A stretch of 54,735 nucleotides of DNA from Coleofasciculus sp. B1-GNL1-01 (GTDB taxonomy: Bacteria > Cyanobacteriota > Cyanobacteriia > Cyanobacteriales > Coleofasciculaceae): NCBI GenBank assembly GCA_040220235.1, contig JAVJTO010000069.1. The stretch is one strand, 5' to 3'. Each line of letters opens with the position of its first letter. Positions within the stretch are counted from its first letter, which is position 1. The position numbers and the translations under genes are program-made. The notes beneath the pieces are model-generated. The model worked only from the letters and a program-made list of their open reading frames with translations. It did no database searches and was not told the DNA's origin. Below are positions 31,081 through 39,449 of the stretch, piece after piece.

Positions 31081-32373
31081 TCAAAAGATAAAAATCAGTT
31101 GAAGCCGCCACTCTTTACCTTGGCGAATGAGTTTGACTTGCCGAATAAATTCTCGAAAGTAAAATCGGCGCTCAGATTCCGATAAATCTGACCAGAATTG
31201 GGGAATGGATACGGTTTGCGCGATCGCGCCTAAATTCACCGGGGGTAGAGAGTCAAGCTGTGCCTGGAGTTGAGACTGTTCAGTGCGAAGCTTATAGGCG
31301 CGAAGCTGGGCGGTTTCAGTATCCAGAACACCTGTGGCGGTTAAGTGGTTAAGCTGGTCTAATACCCCTTTTTGCTCAGCAATTTTGCTCTTGAGAGATT
31401 GCTTGACCTCATCCAAGTTGGGTAGGTTCATTCCGGCTACGGCACGGGGTAACTCTTGACAAATGGTTTGAATTGTGGAATCTAAAACCTGCTGGTAGGG
31501 AATCGCACGACATTTAGGGCGCTTGGGACAGTTAACTGGACGCAGATAAACATATTCCCAGGTTTGACGGGGGCGAGTGACACTGGTAACACTCATCTGA
31601 GATTGACACTCACCACAGACGACTAAACCCGCTAAGGAACGGGGGGCGCTGGCGGTTCGAGACGGGAGGCGACGGTTGCGACGCAGCAGACGGTCAATTT
31701 GGGCGGCTTCTTCGCGGTTGAGAATCGGGCTATGGGTGTCACAGATAACTTCTCCGTTGCGATAGGCGAGATCACCCCGATAGACGGGGCTGGTTAGCCA
31801 ACGTTTCCCCGTTGCTACAGAGATTTTTTTACTATACTTTTTTTCCAGATACCGTACCGCACCGCGTAAGGAGCCGTACAGCAGAAACTGGTCAAAAAAA
31901 TCCTTGACTAAGGGCGCGGTACTGCGATCCAGGATATAGCGGTCTTTGCCCCGTCGGTAGCCGTAGGGGGCTTTTCCCGGTGGGGGTAAGGCGTTGAGGC
32001 GATTACGGGCATGTCCTTGACGCAGGCGGCGAGAACTGGCTTCTTGCTGAACTTCACTGAGGAGTTCGAGTAAGTTGGTTTGGGAGTTGGGGTCATGGGA
32101 GGAGTAGGATTGTTCAGTCGCCATGACAATAACGCCTAGGGCTTGAATTTGAGTGAGGCGATCGCTCACTTGGGTAATGGAGTCGCCCAGTTCTTCTAAA
32201 CGGCGGATCAGCAGATAATCAGTCGGTTCAGTTTGACAATCAGCAATGAGCTGTCGCCACTGTTGACGCCCCCCCAAATCTTGATAGACGTGATCCACTT
32301 CCCACCCCCAGATAACTGGATCTGGAGGAGATTCTAAGAGGGGATCAGTGTAGAGGTAGGCGACGATTCGCAT
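31081..32373 (-). CDS. Serine-recombinase-family protein (resolvase-like + recombinase + Zn ribbon)
   Basis: LLIRRLEELG, GKAPYGY, SPVYRG and LAGLVVCGEC motifs. The start is placed at MRIVAY because the longer call runs into a REP. Confidence 0.85.
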   Translation of the reverse strand: MRIVAYLYTDPLLESPPDPVIWGWEVDHVYQDLGGRQQWRQLIADCQTEPTDYLLIRRLEELGDSITQVSDRLTQIQALGVIVMATEQSYSSHDPNSQTNLLELLSEVQQEASSRRLRQGHARNRLNALPPPGKAPYGYRRGKDRYILDRSTAPLVKDFFDQFLLYGSLRGAVRYLEKKYSKKISVATGKRWLTSPVYRGDLAYRNGEVICDTHSPILNREEAAQIDRLLRRNRRLPSRTASAPRSLAGLVVCGECQSQMSVTSVTRPRQTWEYVYLRPVNCPKRPKCRAIPYQQVLDSTIQTICQELPRAVAGMNLPNLDEVKQSLKSKIAEQKGVLDQLNHLTATGVLDTETAQLRAYKLRTEQSQLQAQLDSLPPVNLGAIAQTVSIPQFWSDLSESERRFYFREFIRQVKLIRQGKEWRLQLIFIF

Positions 32374-32544
32374 TTTTGACCCTTCACGTCTTTCGAGGGA
32401 ACCTGGTGTTGCATTTTGACTGTGTAGGGGCGGGTTTAGGGATTTTCGTTTCACTATCGATGATCATGTTTGTTCAAAACCCGCCCTGACCGATCCTTAA
32501 GGAAACCGGGTTTTGAATAACGACGAATGACAAAGGATAAATAA

Positions 32545-32907
32545 CTAAACTTGACTTAGTTCAATAATGTTACCATCGGGGTCTTGAGTGAACAAAGCCG
32601 CACGACCCGATGCACTCATTTGGATCGGGCAGTTATGTTCCAATAGCTTGGTTTTGGTGTCATCTAAGTTAGCCACTGAGAAGGCGACGTGAGGATTGCG
32701 CCCCCATTTTTCCGGGTTTTGCAGGTGAGTTGAGAGTGTAGTGTCAACGATGAGGTGGAGTTGAACATCGCCAATCTGATACCAGACACCTGGATATTTT
32801 AGCGATCGCTCGACTTTCGATAACCCTAAGATGTTGCCATAAAAGTGTTTGGCGTTCTCCAGATTCGAGACGAGAATAGCTGTATGGAGACATTGGGTAA
32901 TTTGCAT
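32545..32907 (-). CDS. VOC/glyoxalase-family protein
   Basis: HTAILVSNL..FYGNILGL, HVAF and DPDGNIIEL motifs. Confidence 0.92.
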   Translation of the reverse strand: MQITQCLHTAILVSNLENAKHFYGNILGLSKVERSLKYPGVWYQIGDVQLHLIVDTTLSTHLQNPEKWGRNPHVAFSVANLDDTKTKLLEHNCPIQMSASGRAALFTQDPDGNIIELSQV

Positions 32908-33120
32908 GGCGAGTTAGCTGTTGAATGGGATTCTAGCTTTCATCGAAAATTAGGGGTGGTAAGGGGGCGAATGGAAATCCCTTTCATTTATGTATGGGGA
33001 GGATCTTGCCCCCAAAAGCTAAAGGTCAGAATCGAGCTGAGTGCATCTCTAGTTTGTAGTCCATTTTAATGGACTTGAGCTTTTAGCCGGAAATTTATTT
33101 CCTGGCGTCCAAGTTGGTGG

Positions 33121-33223
33121 TAAGCTGTCATGCATTTAAATTGGGTATTAGTAGCGAGCAAGATGCTCGCACTACACCGCTTTCGCCATTATTGACATTA
33201 AAGTTTAAATGCCGAACAGCTTA
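33121..33223. mobile_element. MITE with TAAGCTGT...ACAGCTTA terminal inverted repeats
   Basis: TAAGCTGTCATGCATTTAAA / TTTAAATGCCGAACAGCTTA ends and an internal GCGAGCAAGATGCTCGC hairpin. Confidence 0.75.
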
Positions 33224-33250
33224 TTCCATTTAAGGAGCGTGCCATTCATC

Positions 33251-33496
33251 CTAAGCTTGCGATCGCGGTGGTGCTAAGTCATCAGGCAAATCATCAATCG
33301 TCCACTGCAATACTCGACAAAGTGCTTTTACTTGCGGCAAAGTCAGCTTGGCTTCCCTGTACCGTCCCGTTTCCCAGTTACTTACAGTTTGCACAGATAC
33401 ATTGACAGCTACAGCCACATCCCTTTGAGTCAAACCCAACTCATCTCTGCGGCTTTTGAGGGGTGATTCCTGCTCGATCTGTTGTTTTTTGATCAT
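33251..33496 (-). CDS. XRE/Cro-family HTH protein (A)
   Basis: LKSRRDELGLTQRDVAVAVNVSVQTVSNWETG. Confidence 0.9.
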   Translation of the reverse strand: MIKKQQIEQESPLKSRRDELGLTQRDVAVAVNVSVQTVSNWETGRYREAKLTLPQVKALCRVLQWTIDDLPDDLAPPRSQA

Positions 33497-33535
33497 CTTT
33501 AATCACGATGCACCCTTTAACTCATCTGTTCATGG

Positions 33536-33781
33536 CTATAGTGTCTCATCTGGAACACCTGTGACATCAAGACCCATTGCCCCACAAACAGTCTGAAGCG
33601 AAACGCCTAACTCACGCGCTAGAGCAACCGCCCTGTCAATTCGTGGCAGCTTAATCCCATTTTCCCAGTCGTAAATTTGGCGTTCAGAAACTCCGATGCG
33701 CCTTCCTAGCTCAGAACGGGTCAGTTTAGCCGATTCTCTGATGCGTCTTAGTTCCGATTTTCCTTCGTTAAGATCACTCAT
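33536..33781 (-). CDS. XRE/Cro-family HTH protein (B)
   Basis: LRRIRESAKLTRSELGRRIGVSERQIYDWENG. Its ATG overlaps the end of the upstream gene. Confidence 0.9.
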   Translation of the reverse strand: MSDLNEGKSELRRIRESAKLTRSELGRRIGVSERQIYDWENGIKLPRIDRAVALARELGVSLQTVCGAMGLDVTGVPDETL

Positions 33782-34028
33782 TATCCGCCGATTGAGATTT
33801 AGGTATGCCAAACTCGTCTGGCATATCCTCCAAACTCCATTTCAGCAGCCGACACAGTGCTTTAACTTCACGGGGAGTCATCTTTGGCTCATATATGCCT
33901 GTTTCCCAGTTGCTGATGGTTTGGACTGTTTTTCCCAGAGCTAGTGCTATATCTCTCTGAGTTAAACCTAATTTCTCTCTTCGCTGTTTCAGGGAGGACT
34001 CCCGCTCTTGCTGTCTTTCTTCTTTCAT
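33774..34028 (-). CDS. XRE/Cro-family HTH protein (C)
   Basis: LKQRREKLGLTQRDIALALGKTVQTISNWETG; a clear paralogue of A. Confidence 0.9.
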   Translation of the reverse strand: MKEERQQERESSLKQRREKLGLTQRDIALALGKTVQTISNWETGIYEPKMTPREVKALCRLLKWSLEDMPDEFGIPKSQSADNE

Positions 34029-34043
34029 GCTTTTCAAGAAAAG

Positions 34044-34089
34044 TTATATAAGCAAGCTTGACAAAACAATTTAAAGCATGCTTATATAA
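34044..34089. promoter_or_regulatory. Putative operator pair and divergent promoter upstream of HTH C
   Basis: AAGCAAGCTT (34050-59) and the perfect palindrome AAGCATGCTT (34074-83) flank TTGACA (34058-63). The outer inverted repeat is TTATATAAGCA/TGCTTATATAA. Confidence 0.6.
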
Positions 34090-34277
34090 GATGGATGCGA
34101 TCAAGGGCAGGTGATCGGGAAAGTCAATGTCTGACTTAGCCACTTTTAGACCTTATACTGCCCATTCCTCAGTGTCTTACATAATCGTTATTCCACTAAT
34201 ACTTTACCAGTGACCAGTGGTCGCTCACTCTGTTATGCCTTCTGTTTCAGCTTTCAATCACTCCCAGGCTCTAGACT

Positions 34278-34502
34278 CTAGGTGCTGTGCTTTATGGCGG
34301 CTATTAGCTCATCAAGCGTGCAGTTCAACACCTCCATCAACAGCTTCGTTTGCTCAAACGTCAGCTTAGGCTCAACCGAACCTTTTTCCCAAATGGAGAT
34401 TGTCTTTTGTGTCACTCCGATGGCACTGGCAAGTTCCTGCTGAGTTAAGCCAGCTCTTTGCCGCAACTTCGTTAGCGTTAGTTGATCATTTTCTCTAGGC
34501 AT
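34278..34502 (-). CDS. XRE/Cro-family HTH protein (D)
   Basis: LTKLRQRAGLTQQELASAIGVTQKTISIWEKG. Confidence 0.9.
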   Translation of the reverse strand: MPRENDQLTLTKLRQRAGLTQQELASAIGVTQKTISIWEKGSVEPKLTFEQTKLLMEVLNCTLDELIAAIKHST

Positions 34503-34547
34503 TATACTTGACGGTATATTGTGACTCGCGATATACTCAGCGGTATA
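34503..34547. promoter_or_regulatory. Two TATAC-N6-GTATA operators overlapping a divergent sigma70 promoter
   Basis: TATACTTGACGGTATA (34503-18) and TATACTCAGCGGTATA (34532-47); TTGACG-N18-TATACT on the + strand. Confidence 0.7.
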
Positions 34548-34864
34548 AGAAAGACACACAAAGGCGGGACATCAGAAAACCCATTGTTAGCCAGGACTTG
34601 TTGGTCTAGGCTTCAATGCCTGTTTTGATGCTTCTGCTTTCCTCCGTGTCTTATATTAAGCTGTCGCCAAACCAAGAACTAGCCAGCAACCGATGATTGC
34701 TAGCTTTGTCATGCCTTATCGGTGAATTGATGATCAAATAGCTTGTCATTTTTGCCTAGACAGCCTACAAGTCAGCTCCCTTCTGACTTAAGCCATTAGC
34801 CCGAAATTTATTTCAGGGCAAAGTTTCTCAATGTCAATCAAAGTCTCATCTTAACCAAATATCC

Positions 34865-35170
34865 ATGAAAAAATCCCCAGCGACGGAAGCTCATCGCGTC
34901 GCCACAGACATTGCTGCCATAAAATCCGCCCTCCAACAACAGGGCTACACCACCCGCAAGCGACCCAAACAAGCCGCTTGGACAATTATTCTGCTCAATC
35001 AGCGCGGAACTGGCAGAAAACCCCAAGAGTGCTATCTGCTGACCTATCAGCCTGCCCCTGTCAGCACCTGGATACTCCACCCCCAAACCAACGAACCTCA
35101 CCGCCAAACTCTCTTGACTCTGATTCACACGGCTTTAGCCAAACAACCTACAACGAGGAAAATCTCATGA
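34865..35170 (+). CDS. Hypothetical protein
   Basis: 101 aa ORF; its stop overlaps the next ATG (ATGA). Confidence 0.65.
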   Translation: MKKSPATEAHRVATDIAAIKSALQQQGYTTRKRPKQAAWTIILLNQRGTGRKPQECYLLTYQPAPVSTWILHPQTNEPHRQTLLTLIHTALAKQPTTRKIS

Positions 35171-35388
35171 GTTATAAGGATCAACTCAAACCCTGGTGCA
35201 TCATTCATCGCCTTCCCAAACTGCAAAACACGATTATCCTGCGCTGTCGCCGTCGCAGTGATGCCGAAGCCTACCTGCGTATCTTTTAAGCCAATAATCC
35301 TACAGGTAGTTATCAAATTGTATTTGACGTCACCCCAGAAGCCACAGCAAATCAGCGCCTAATCCTGAAATCTTACCCCAACAGTTAA
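35167..35388 (+). pseudogene. Small cyanobacterial protein with an in-frame TAA at 35287
   Basis: MSYKDQLKPWCIIHRLP..RCRRRSDAEAYLRIF*ANNPTGSYQIVFD; the family-like C-terminal IVFD continues after the stop. Confidence 0.6.
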
Positions 35389-35602
35389 TCATCAGATCCC
35401 CCAAACTCCCCATAACCCATGTTTGGAAGAAGGGCGGGTTTTGCCTTTGAAGTTATCGGTAGATACCAAAATTAAACGGCTCGCGCCCGCCCCTACAACT
35501 GACATGCCATGGCATATTTCTACCTATTGCGATCGCTAACTCTAGTTACTAGACCGATGTTTTAGGGGGATCGAAAACTTACAAACTCAACCAACTGGTA
35601 TC

Positions 35603-35977
35603 ATGACACCTTTATTTCGCCGCCTCCAACCTGCCCAGAAATTCCGCATCAGTCTCGCCACGATCGCTCAATTCCTAAAAATTCCTAAACACCTAATCGT
35701 GCGTGTGGAATCCTGGGCATATATCGTCTTTGTTCATCGCCGTGACAAAGGTGGACAATTCATCAGTTATCGCCAATTACGCCAGTGGTTCAACGCGATC
35801 GCCTGCCAAATTCAACACTGCACCACCTGCCAACAACTGCGGCAATTGTGGCTTTTAATTGAGAGCGATCGCAAACGGCATCATAAACAATACAATCACC
35901 AGCATATCTCCTGGTTATGCAATCTCTGGACACAGCACTGGCAAAGGCTTGGGTATGAACAACCGATGATCTCCTAA
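35603..35977 (+). CDS. Hypothetical protein
   Basis: 124 aa ORF with a W..VFVHRRDKGGQFISYR motif. Confidence 0.7.
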   Translation: MTPLFRRLQPAQKFRISLATIAQFLKIPKHLIVRVESWAYIVFVHRRDKGGQFISYRQLRQWFNAIACQIQHCTTCQQLRQLWLLIESDRKRHHKQYNHQHISWLCNLWTQHWQRLGYEQPMIS

Positions 35978-36393
35978 CCTGGAGACGCTTGCATCGCGAT
36001 ATCCTTGGATTTGCATCCATCTGGGAACCTGCGATCGCGGATTCTGTTCATCTCCTCAAGATTTTCCTACATAAAAGTTAATTTTCATGAAAGTGATTAC
36101 ATCTATTTTTTTTACATAATTAAAACTTGAACCTTACACGATAAAGCAGACTTCAACTAAAAAAACTATGGAGTCTAGATGATCAGGCGATCACAGCTTC
36201 TTGGATTACAAACAACGGCTTATTTTACATAAATTAATAATAGTTAATCTATAACTTTAGATAGATAAAACTGGATCGCTATGTTTCTAAGGTTGTAGGA
36301 CAAGTGAATGGAGGTGGTCATAGATAGTTGGCAGAAACTAATGCATGACCACACTCCTATTGCTTTTTGCAGTAAGAACGCAAGGAGAATTTA

Positions 36394-37866
36394 ATGGTAA
36401 CTGCCACAGCACCAGAACAAAAGGTGAAAATCGGTCCGACTCAGTTGTTAATTAACAACGAATGGGTGGAAAGCGCCACGGGTCGCCGATTTGAGACGAT
36501 CAATCCCGCCACAGGAGAAGTGATCTGTGATGTGGCTGAAGCAGACGCCCCCGATGTAGATAGGGCGGTGCAAGCAGCGCGGGCAGCATTTGAGAGTGGA
36601 GAATGGCGCACTATGTCCGCCAGTAGTCGGGGACGATTACTCTATAAACTGGCAGATTTAATTGAACAAAACAAAGAAGAACTGGCACGGTTAGAAAGCC
36701 TTGATAACGGTAAACCCCTAGGTGAGTCGATGAATGGTGACTTACCGTTAACCATTGCTTGCTACCGCTATTATGCAGGTTGGGCAGATAAAATTGAGGG
36801 CAAAACCATCCCGATTAATGGTCCTTACTTCTGCTATACGAGACACGAACCCGTGGGAGTCGTGGGTCAAATTATTCCCTGGAACTTCCCCTTGTTAATG
36901 CAAGCCTGGAAACTAGCACCCGCATTGGCGGCTGGCAATACGGTAATTCTGAAAGTAGCAGAACAGACACCCTTAACCGCATTGCGAGTCGGCGAACTGA
37001 TTCTGGAAGCGGGTTTCCCACCGGGCGTAGTGAATATTCTACCTGGCTATGGACCCACCGCTGGGGGTGCGATCGCGTCTCATCCTGATATCAATAAATT
37101 AGCCTTTACGGGTTCAACTGAAGTGGGACGTTTGGTGATGGAACAAGCCGCCAAAACCAACCTCAAGCGCGTCACCTTAGAATTAGGCGGTAAGAGTCCC
37201 AATATTGTCTTTGCTGACGCTGATATGGATGCGGCGATTGAAGGTGCCCACCACGGTCTATTTTTCAACCAAGGTCAATGTTGTAATGCGGGTTCACGAG
37301 TATTCGTAGAAGAAAAATGCTACGACGAGTTTGTGGCTAAATGTGTAGAACGGGCGAAACAGCGCACTGTCGGTGATCCCTTTGACGCCAATACCAAACA
37401 AGGACCCCAAGTGGATCAGGCTCAATTTGATAAAATCATGAGCTACATTGAAGCCGGACAGCGAGAAGGGGCAAAGATGCTGTGTGGCGGAAATCGAATT
37501 GGCGATCGCGGTTTCTTTGTCGAACCGACTGTCTTTGCTGATGTGGATAATTCCATGAAGATTGCCCAAGAGGAAATCTTTGGTCCGGTGATGAGCATTA
37601 TTAAATTTAAAGACATCGATGAAGCGATTCGTCTAGGAAACACCACCATGTACGGACTAGCCGCAGGAGTGTGGACAAAAGACATAGCCAAAGCCCACGC
37701 GATCGCTCATAATGTGCGTGCAGGTACAGTTTGGGTGAATTGCTACCACGTCTTTGACGCAGCTGCACCCTTTGGTGGATTTAAACAGTCTGGCATAGGT
37801 CGCGAATTAGGTGAATATTGTTTAGAGAATTACACTGAAGTGAAAACCGTAACCGTGCAACTGTAG
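36394..37866 (+). CDS. NAD(P)-dependent aldehyde dehydrogenase (ALDH1/2-like)
   Basis: [28 protein letters not shown] and EEIFGPV motifs; RBS AAGGAG. Confidence 0.96.
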   Translation: MVTATAPEQKVKIGPTQLLINNEWVESATGRRFETINPATGEVICDVAEADAPDVDRAVQAARAAFESGEWRTMSASSRGRLLYKLADLIEQNKEELARLESLDNGKPLGESMNGDLPLTIACYRYYAGWADKIEGKTIPINGPYFCYTRHEPVGVVGQIIPWNFPLLMQAWKLAPALAAGNTVILKVAEQTPLTALRVGELILEAGFPPGVVNILPGYGPTAGGAIASHPDINKLAFTGSTEVGRLVMEQAAKTNLKRVTLELGGKSPNIVFADADMDAAIEGAHHGLFFNQGQCCNAGSRVFVEEKCYDEFVAKCVERAKQRTVGDPFDANTKQGPQVDQAQFDKIMSYIEAGQREGAKMLCGGNRIGDRGFFVEPTVFADVDNSMKIAQEEIFGPVMSIIKFKDIDEAIRLGNTTMYGLAAGVWTKDIAKAHAIAHNVRAGTVWVNCYHVFDAAAPFGGFKQSGIGRELGEYCLENYTEVKTVTVQL

Positions 37867-37940
37867 GCGACAATATCATCCAAGCGGGATGGGGGAGTTG
37901 TGAGTTCATTAAAAAGTCACAACTTCCCTGGGAGTAGGAA

Positions 37941-38216
37941 TTACTCAGGCAACTCTGGAACTGTCAGCCCATTTTTACGAATCACAGCTTCTAAGATGGC
38001 GATTCGTTCTCTCATCATACTGGGCGTATCAGTACGACAATCAGCAAATCCGGCACAATCGAGATCAAGAAACATTGCGATCGCCATCTCCAAAACACCT
38101 TCCACTGGGTACTCAATTTCAGCCGAGTACGCTAAGAGAGCGTCCCTGATAGGAACAGGAAGTGCCTCGATAAACGCTTGTGCGGCTCGTGGAGATAGGT
38201 GTTCTGTTAACTGCAT
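37941..38216 (-). CDS. Small acidic hypothetical protein
   Basis: 91 aa, 3 bp downstream of the GIY-YIG gene; EYPVEGVLEMAIAMFLD. Confidence 0.75.
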   Translation of the reverse strand: MQLTEHLSPRAAQAFIEALPVPIRDALLAYSAEIEYPVEGVLEMAIAMFLDLDCAGFADCRTDTPSMMRERIAILEAVIRKNGLTVPELPE

Positions 38217-38219
38217 AAC

Positions 38220-38591
38220 TTAATCCTGACTCTGCCTGATACGACTGTTATAGCGTGGTTTAGCAACCTGAAGCATCAAGGCTTCAAGATCTAACGCTCG
38301 TAACCGTTGGTTATAGGTTAAAGTGACAACTGCAATCCTCACATCATCAGGATCTAGGCGGTCTAGGTAAGCATAATACAGCGCCTTGTGGCCACCCATG
38401 AAGCGGTTGCGAACATTCAGCGCCTTACCGATGTACAAAATTCCCTCTTCTTTGTGCTTGACTGCATACAAACCAGGGCGGGAGGGTAAAACATCAAATT
38501 CTTTTCTCAGTGGGAAACATTCCTCAAAAGGCATAGAGATCAAAATCTCAAGAATTCTCAGGGCTTCAGTTCTGATTGCATCATGGGTCAT
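38220..38591 (-). CDS. GIY-YIG nuclease
   Basis: PGLYAV...LYIGKA..VRNRF...LEA...PRYN; ATG at 38591. Confidence 0.88.
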   Translation of the reverse strand: MTHDAIRTEALRILEILISMPFEECFPLRKEFDVLPSRPGLYAVKHKEEGILYIGKALNVRNRFMGGHKALYYAYLDRLDPDDVRIAVVTLTYNQRLRALDLEALMLQVAKPRYNSRIRQSQD

Positions 38592-38730
38592 TGATTGAGT
38601 TTCGGCACTTTGCTTAAATCTAGCTATGATGCTCTTTTTCGTGCGGTTTGGCAAGAGGCTGAGTCGGTGTAGCTTATTCAGATTAAGACAAAAGCCGAGG
38701 GGCGTTGAGATGCGATCGCGTCCCCTAATC

Positions 38731-39306
38731 TTAAGCGATCGCACTCATAAACTCCCTGATTGCCTGAACATGATTGGGCATCATAATGCACCGAGTCAAT
38801 AACGCCATATCGAGTCCGGAAAGAAGTTCAGAGCGAGAAATCTGTTCATATTCTTGCTCTCGTAGCGCATACAAAGACAGTTTATCCTTTTCCCAGAACC
38901 AGACTTCAGGAATTCTTAAACGTTTGTAGGCTTTGAGCTTGTCAATACCACCACTGGTAATAACAATCTCAATCGCTAAATCTGGCTGGTTTCGGTTAGT
39001 CCCTAATTCGTAAGACTTATCTGCTTCCCGTCTCACTTTACCGATTTCACTTTCTAGCGTTAAAGATTCTGTGGGCGTAAAATCAATTCCCACAGCCATC
39101 ATATACGCTTCTACCAAGGCACCAATACGTCCTTTTGTCGTTTCATGTTTTCTTCCAGGCATTTTTTGAATCTCCAGCACCCCATCCAAAAATGATAGCC
39201 GAACACCTGGAACATCGAGCATTGGTTCTAAAGTTTTAAACTGCTCCCAGGTCAACCCTGGAAACAACAACGGTTCATATAGTTTCTCTTCTACAGTTAT
39301 TGTCAT
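38731..39306 (-). CDS. Uma2-family (DUF820) endonuclease
   Basis: DGVLEI..P...HE, EADKSY, PDLAIEIVITS, IPEVWFW. Confidence 0.92.
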   Translation of the reverse strand: MTITVEEKLYEPLLFPGLTWEQFKTLEPMLDVPGVRLSFLDGVLEIQKMPGRKHETTKGRIGALVEAYMMAVGIDFTPTESLTLESEIGKVRREADKSYELGTNRNQPDLAIEIVITSGGIDKLKAYKRLRIPEVWFWEKDKLSLYALREQEYEQISRSELLSGLDMALLTRCIMMPNHVQAIREFMSAIA

Positions 39307-39449
39307 AGGTAAACTCTTTTACTGATTCCAATTATCTTTTTCAATGTCTTGAAATGTGGTCATAATGAATGAGAATGGTCGGGGCGCACCGACGTGCGCC
39401 CTTTACCAATGTGCGCCCGGAAAACTGGTTGGGTGAGGTTACGCCAATT

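Noticed and set aside
31081..35977. Prophage or integrative element using the recombinase as integrase
   Set aside because: No phage structural or replication genes, no att repeats found, the recombinase lacks its catalytic motif, and a glyoxalase gene lies between it and the HTH cluster.
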